Shown piece by piece: positions 58,719 to 64,000 of a stretch of 64,000 nt of DNA (its first letter is position 1; each line of letters begins with the position of its first letter). The notes beneath the pieces were generated by a model. That model was given only the letters and a program-made list of their open reading frames with translations, did not search any database and was not told the origin of the DNA. A program made the position numbers and the translations under genes. The stretch is from a virus, in IMG/VR virus record IMGVR_UViG_3300005096_000005, positions 96,001-160,000 of that record; one strand, given 5' to 3'.

Positions 58719-61424
58719 CTATTCTACCTTGGCCTCACACTCGCAATTGTAGTGGAAGGGGGGTAACTTGTGAAGTCCAAAACCATCGAGCTCAATACGA
58801 TCTATCTTACCGCACTTCTCACAATTTGAGAAGTGTTTTATGATAACCGCATCTTCACCCTGTAAATATGCCGTGAATCCGTACCCAAAGTTTCTCGAAT
58901 GATAGAAGTGAGTTTTAGCCTTAGCTTTGTGCAGATAATCCAGAGCCTCAAACACTCCCTGTGTAAGAGAAACGGCTTCCTGGCGGTCTGCTGCATCGGC
59001 AAGGTTTTTCACCAACCTATCATATACGATCTTTGTATACGTCTTCCATTCTTCTTTATAATCTTCAAGGAGGGCGGCAAAGCGTCCCTCGATCCGCTCC
59101 ATGTCGACCACAGAGCGTCTGGTGTCTCGCATACATTCTTTAACACCTCGCAAGAACTGCGGCCATAACCTGGACTCCTCGACCTTTTCCATGGAGTCCT
59201 CGAACTCCCTGAACAGGGATTCTGCATGGCCGATATTAAAGTGTTCCGTATCCTTGTCGAACCTGTTATAAACCAGGCTCACCATGTCCTTGTGAAGGAG
59301 CTGATATGGTTTCGATGCCTCACTGTAAAACTCGGCGAACGCACTCTTTGAGATGCGCTCAACAATAGTAGGCACCTCACCCAGGCTTTCGAACCCCTCC
59401 TCCATATCGACTCCGAAATACATCTCCCGTACGATATGTGCAATATGTCTGTTTCCAAGAGCGATCTCCCTGGCTATGTCCTCGTCGCTCATCTCCTGAA
59501 ACACACCCTGACGTTCCCTGAAAGAGGCGCATATTGAAGCGATAAACCCACTATGTATACGTTCTACAGGAGTTGCCGTTCCTGTATTCTTTCTATATAT
59601 CTCAAGCAATACTTCGGCAAGTTCCTTGTCACCACGCTCAAGTGCATCTATTATCTCCTCGTCGGTCATGTCTGCGAACCGACCGCCGCGCATCCTAACG
59701 AGGGATCCGATAGTTTGAAGCATATCGCTCTGACTATAATATTCTCTTCCAGTGTCCTCCCGGCTGCCGGCCGGCCTTCTGGTTCCCGTGCCGTGCTGAT
59801 TCTTTGGCCTGGTCTTATTGTCAGGTGTTTTTGTCTTAGTGTCGGACGACCCTCCACTGGGCTTTGAAGTAGAATTGTCCGGAGGATTCGTAGTGAACGA
59901 GCCGATCCCTGTAGACTTCTTGAGCGCATCCTTTGCTTCCGGCGTAAACGGTTCGTCCACGGCTTGAATGATCGCCAACGGCATTTTGATCAGACCCATG
60001 TAGGTATCATGACGATCGGCGTCTTCCAATGGATCGTAACCCATATTCCGGCGCCCTTCTGTCCGGGTTATCATATAATTGGTAAACTTCTGAATCTCCT
60101 GGTTCTCAATGAGTATCTGACGGTTGACGTCGGGATCGTGGAACTCTATCCAGGCTGTAACCGTCTCGTCCATCGGGTCAATCCCGGCCTCCATAAGCAG
60201 TTCATTGACTATCAGTTCATTAAAGAAAGCCGCAAACTCCGCATGGTATCCGCGTATCCTGTCCATGAATTCGTCTTCCATGGACCTTGCGGTAGAACGG
60301 TTGCTGGTGTCGCCCCGGCCCATCTGGGTTTGTGAAGTACCCAGGCCAGTGAAGACCCGCTTCTCAAAGTATTCGAGAAACTTGATGACATCTGTTCCGG
60401 CGGAGGCTGCGTGAACCTCGATCTTCTGATCTCCCGGAATTACGTAGATTCCGGAAACGGGACCCAGCTCAGCTTCCGACCTGGCGTCTTCAATATCTTC
60501 TTTCTCTCCAGGTCGCTCTTCAGTACCAACGCGCCATTCAACGATTGGGTTTGAGAACAGGTGCACCAGCTCGACAGCATACTGCTCAACCTCGCGGAGC
60601 GTTTTGACATCCGGGATACATGGGAGGACAAACGGCGTGCCATAGATCTCGCCTTCCTCACGGTCCTTGTAAAAGTGGACCATGTTAGCCGGCTTGAAGA
60701 GAATCCGGTTAGGTTCCTTGTTGAGCGTCTTCTGAAACGATCCCTTCCCAATAGCGGTGAGCTTCGGTACAGGCTCGCCAACAGTCTGCATCCACATCAG
60801 GGTCTCATTACCTACCCGTTTGCGAGCAACACTGATTGTGGGAGGAGCTAATTTAAAGAACGCCGAGATTGGCTGCTTATCCGTAATACCTTTAAGCTTT
60901 GGCATCCCGGGGATTCGTGTGTTAGGATCCAGGCGACCTTTCGCCAGGAACACGTTGTGGTATTTGACAAAGTCCGCAGCCGCTTCACCCAGGAACGTAC
61001 GGAAAGGCTTCCCTGTCATCATTGCCATTGTCTGGAAGCGTTTGCGTAAGTACTTGACTGTTTTCGGATTACCCTTAATGGCATAACCCTGCTTCATGAA
61101 CGCATCGACATGCCTGTTGATTGCGCGACGTACAAACGAATCGATCTCACACGCCACTCTCACTTCGTTGAGGTCGAAGAGAGGAGCCTCGTATGTTCTG
61201 GTGGCACCGCCTATTCCCGTTTGTGGAGGGGCGTAAGAAAGACCTACCTTCTTAACACGCTTCGGCCGCTTTTTCCTATCCACAGGAACCGGAGGGAGCG
61301 GTCTGGTCGCAAGCGCAGTATTGCCATTGTATGCCGGAGACTGGTTCATCGAGACAAGCACAGATGATGAACCGCCAGGATTCATAAAGCCCCGAAATCT
61401 GTCTCTCCAACTTGGTCTACCCAA
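58719..61424 (-). CDS. Portal protein with C-terminal MuF/gp7-like extension
   Basis: MVHFY...IYGTP...D...LREVE...RVFTGLG...MG.GD..NRSTA...ITRTEGR..MG.DP; ends LPPFHYNCEC; TTG start with GGAGG. Confidence 0.85.
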   Translation of the reverse strand: MGRPSWRDRFRGFMNPGGSSSVLVSMNQSPAYNGNTALATRPLPPVPVDRKKRPKRVKKVGLSYAPPQTGIGGATRTYEAPLFDLNEVRVACEIDSFVRRAINRHVDAFMKQGYAIKGNPKTVKYLRKRFQTMAMMTGKPFRTFLGEAAADFVKYHNVFLAKGRLDPNTRIPGMPKLKGITDKQPISAFFKLAPPTISVARKRVGNETLMWMQTVGEPVPKLTAIGKGSFQKTLNKEPNRILFKPANMVHFYKDREEGEIYGTPFVLPCIPDVKTLREVEQYAVELVHLFSNPIVEWRVGTEERPGEKEDIEDARSEAELGPVSGIYVIPGDQKIEVHAASAGTDVIKFLEYFEKRVFTGLGTSQTQMGRGDTSNRSTARSMEDEFMDRIRGYHAEFAAFFNELIVNELLMEAGIDPMDETVTAWIEFHDPDVNRQILIENQEIQKFTNYMITRTEGRRNMGYDPLEDADRHDTYMGLIKMPLAIIQAVDEPFTPEAKDALKKSTGIGSFTTNPPDNSTSKPSGGSSDTKTKTPDNKTRPKNQHGTGTRRPAGSREDTGREYYSQSDMLQTIGSLVRMRGGRFADMTDEEIIDALERGDKELAEVLLEIYRKNTGTATPVERIHSGFIASICASFRERQGVFQEMSDEDIAREIALGNRHIAHIVREMYFGVDMEEGFESLGEVPTIVERISKSAFAEFYSEASKPYQLLHKDMVSLVYNRFDKDTEHFNIGHAESLFREFEDSMEKVEESRLWPQFLRGVKECMRDTRRSVVDMERIEGRFAALLEDYKEEWKTYTKIVYDRLVKNLADAADRQEAVSLTQGVFEALDYLHKAKAKTHFYHSRNFGYGFTAYLQGEDAVIIKHFSNCEKCGKIDRIELDGFGLHKLPPFHYNCECEAKVE

Positions 61425-62927
61425 TTAGACCCCTCCGGTAATAAGTCCACCAACGACAATACCGCGAATGTCCGCCATAACGGGATCGTTCGCGACTCTC
61501 TTAATGCTGTCCCGAGCCTGTCTTATTAAACCTTTCCTTCCCCCGGGAGTTTTCAAATCTTCCAGGTCAATCGTACTCGGCAACAACATCTCCTGCAACT
61601 GATCGGCCTTTGCCTCCAACTTCCACTTATCTATAAAGTGCCGGACTTTACGCCCCAACTTGCCGACATCTCCATCCCAATTATGGAAGATGTGGTCACG
61701 AGCCGTCTCAATCACTTTTCGTAATGACTCCTGTTCGCGCTGTCTATCCAGAAGGATGAGCCCAACCTGAGAAAGGTTGACGTCGTAGGATACTGCATGA
61801 AAGAACCCCTTCATTGCTGTATCGTTCTGACTGGTCATACCCTCCACAACTGCGTCGGTAAGAGCCTGAAGCAGCGGGTTGTTTACCTTCGCCCTGTCCA
61901 ACTTCCGCACCACGTCGTCTCCGTCGATATCGTAGCGGGACGCCATGTGCTGAATGTTGTGCATCAGGCGCACTCCCTGTTTCGTCGCAAGTTTCGCGGC
62001 CTGCCACGCGATCAGTCTGCGCGCCGTTCGGCTCCTTCCCAGGACCTTCGCTATTGTATCCTGCATCCTCCTACTATTCAAGACAGCCTTATCTATTGCT
62101 GTAACAAAAGAAGCGAACGCCGTTGCCCTGGCGCTCGCTGGTATGTCTGCAAATGAACTGATAAGCTGAAAGATATGTTCTTCAGAACCATAACTGAGTA
62201 CCGAGTCGACATGCGAAAGCGCGAACGCATTCTGCAGATTCTCGATCTCGGCTTGAGCTGTATATCCGATAATGCTCCCATAAGCCCCTTCAACATTCCG
62301 TCTGAACTCCCGTTCGTACTGGAGTTCCGTAATACTGTAGTCCAACCGCTGCACTTCCTGAAGGTCGAAGTCACTCGTGTTCAATAAAGCCTCAACCTTC
62401 TTTTGAAGGCCAGCCTGCTGGAGCTCTAAGCTCGGGGCTTTGCTTGGTTCTTTTATCCGGACCTTTTGTGTGGCTATCAGTTGAAACTCCTCTGAAAGCC
62501 TTGCGTATCGCTCCAGTACCGTCTGGTCTCCTGTGCGATCGAACTCGTCCTTGGCTTCTTTTACTTGGAATGAGAGGTCGCGCAGTTTTTGCTCGACATT
62601 CTCATACGCAGATACCGTCTTCTCTGTGTACTCGTCTTCGTCTACTGTAACGGGTACAATCCGGTCATCTGCTACCGCGTCGACTATCTCACTCCAGGAC
62701 TGTGCCGGAGAAGTGCCGTAAAAGGCGAGTCGACGATTCGTTTCATCTTCAAGGTCCAGCTCTTTAAGTCGATTATACACTCGTTCCTGAACGTTTGCAA
62801 GCCTTATTAGAGAAGTATAGACTCCATCTCTAATCTCAGATAAAGTGTTTTCCTTCTCTCCGAAGTTCCCAAAACGCCGTCCTCTTAACGCGACTGGTTG
62901 CTCAGAAAAGTTTATTCGTGTTGTCAT
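61425..62927 (-). CDS. Hypothetical coiled-coil protein between terminase and portal
   Basis: About 500 aa, helical; ATG 62927 overlaps terminase TGA (ATGA). Confidence 0.6.
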   Translation of the reverse strand: MTTRINFSEQPVALRGRRFGNFGEKENTLSEIRDGVYTSLIRLANVQERVYNRLKELDLEDETNRRLAFYGTSPAQSWSEIVDAVADDRIVPVTVDEDEYTEKTVSAYENVEQKLRDLSFQVKEAKDEFDRTGDQTVLERYARLSEEFQLIATQKVRIKEPSKAPSLELQQAGLQKKVEALLNTSDFDLQEVQRLDYSITELQYEREFRRNVEGAYGSIIGYTAQAEIENLQNAFALSHVDSVLSYGSEEHIFQLISSFADIPASARATAFASFVTAIDKAVLNSRRMQDTIAKVLGRSRTARRLIAWQAAKLATKQGVRLMHNIQHMASRYDIDGDDVVRKLDRAKVNNPLLQALTDAVVEGMTSQNDTAMKGFFHAVSYDVNLSQVGLILLDRQREQESLRKVIETARDHIFHNWDGDVGKLGRKVRHFIDKWKLEAKADQLQEMLLPSTIDLEDLKTPGGRKGLIRQARDSIKRVANDPVMADIRGIVVGGLITGGV

Positions 62928-64000
62928 CTCCCGCGGTACCCCCTGCCCCACACCGAGCGATTTGAGGCCCCAGGCATTCTACGATTGGTACCAATACGAC
63001 CCCTCCTCCCTCTTGGCGCTACAGGCTTTCGTCCTGAAGGCGGAATGTCGTATATTTGGAGAACCCCACCATTCATACGGGGATCCTCTTTTGGTTTCTT
63101 TGCGTCAGTATAGGGGTCTATGTAATACTTACCGTGTACTCCGGGTCCTTGTCTTCCGTGACGTACAACTGCCCCCTTTGAACCTCTCGGGAAGATCAGC
63201 TCGTTGGAGAAGTTGGATATAAGTCCGAACAGGGCAAACAACAAAGCGTCCAGTGCGTGTTCGTTCTTCATGGTGTACCTGGGCTGCCCTGTAGTAGCGC
63301 TCCGGGCTACAACCTGGTAATTCTCCATCTGCTCCTTAAGCTTCATATCTTTTTTGGAAGCGACCAGCGCACACTGCTCGGTCAGGCGCACGCCAAGCTG
63401 CACGAGATATGGTTTGATTGGTACCTTTGTGAACTCGCCCCGCTTGTAGGGGTCTGGTATCTCGACATGCTCTCCATAGAAGATTGGAACAACACGTTTC
63501 CCGAGACCTGTTTCGGGATGCTCCTTACCGTACTTATGTAAGTTCTCCACGACCATCTCTCCGTAGCCGCGGTCTACATATATGTATGAGGTCTTCCACT
63601 TCCGGTCCAACTCTATGATCTTATCGACAAGGGCGTGAAGGGTTAGTTCTCCTTTCCGCCCTTTTGGCATTGTCACTCTTTGGAGAATGAACGCTTTGTT
63701 GTACTTATCGTTCCACTCCACGATTACGATCTCAGGACCGGTAGCGTACTTGTCCACGTCCACGCCCATAACGCGCTTTCTCGTTTTCGGATTAAAACGT
63801 GCCGGATAAGTATAGTTGGAGAAGCTCTTGAGCCCGGCTGCTTCTATAACTTGCTGATCCCCAAACATAATGTCCAGGTACCACTTCTGGAACACGCCAG
63901 CAAGTTCTTCGGGGAACTCGGCGAGCACCTCGGTAATAATACCGTACTCATCGAACCCTGCCAGAATCTCCTCTCCAAACGTGACCGGATTGCCGTACAC
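62924..64000 (-). CDS. Terminase large subunit, C-terminal nuclease domain (5' part outside window)
   Basis: EVLAEF...GVF end of ATPase/linker, then RNase H-like VMGVDVDK, IYVDRGYGE, EHALDAL; upstream of portal. Confidence 0.85.
   Translation of the reverse strand: MYGNPVTFGEEILAGFDEYGIITEVLAEFPEELAGVFQKWYLDIMFGDQQVIEAAGLKSFSNYTYPARFNPKTRKRVMGVDVDKYATGPEIVIVEWNDKYNKAFILQRVTMPKGRKGELTLHALVDKIIELDRKWKTSYIYVDRGYGEMVVENLHKYGKEHPETGLGKRVVPIFYGEHVEIPDPYKRGEFTKVPIKPYLVQLGVRLTEQCALVASKKDMKLKEQMENYQVVARSATTGQPRYTMKNEHALDALLFALFGLISNFSNELIFPRGSKGAVVRHGRQGPGVHGKYYIDPYTDAKKPKEDPRMNGGVLQIYDIPPSGRKPVAPRGRRGRIGTNRRMPGASNRSVWGRGYRGR

Noticed and set aside
1-64000. Stop-codon reassignment, inteins, introns or a diversity-generating retroelement
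   Set aside because: Coding density is near complete under the standard code with TAA, TAG and TGA all used as stops; no intein or homing-endonuclease motifs, reverse transcriptase or near-identical DNA repeats were noticed by eye.
63998-64000. Terminase start at 64000 as in the ORF track
   Set aside because: Window-edge artefact; the ATPase domain is missing and must lie upstream.

Overview
The window is one gap-free, minus-strand virion morphogenesis operon of a large contractile-tailed dsDNA phage (myovirus-like; roughly 46 genes, many joined by ATGA/TAATG overlaps). In transcription order (64000 to 1) it encodes: terminase large subunit (truncated by the window edge), an unknown coiled-coil protein, portal with a MuF-like tail, prohead protease/scaffold, decoration protein, HK97-type major capsid protein, a block of Ig-like/fibre/membrane genes, head adaptor and closure proteins, a second block of fibre/lectin genes, a small holin-like cassette preceded by a metallophosphoesterase, a sheath paralogue, tail terminator, a giant 1953-aa sheath, three tube paralogues, a frameshifted tail chaperone pair, three giant tape-measure-region proteins (2764, 1716 and 1102 aa) and a truncated hub-like gene. 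The most notable observations are (1) an apparently intact PD-(D/E)XK nuclease domain inside the tape-measure-position protein, (2) a 46-codon -1 frame missing from the ORF track that could add an amphipathic beta-strand tail to a holin-like protein, (3) a sheath with a ~1370-aa repeat-bearing insertion plus a second sheath gene, and (4) a holin cassette with a metallophosphoesterase but no recognisable endolysin. All product calls come from motifs recognised by eye and from synteny; no database search was run. I saw no tRNA, rRNA, CRISPR array, integrase or transposase.
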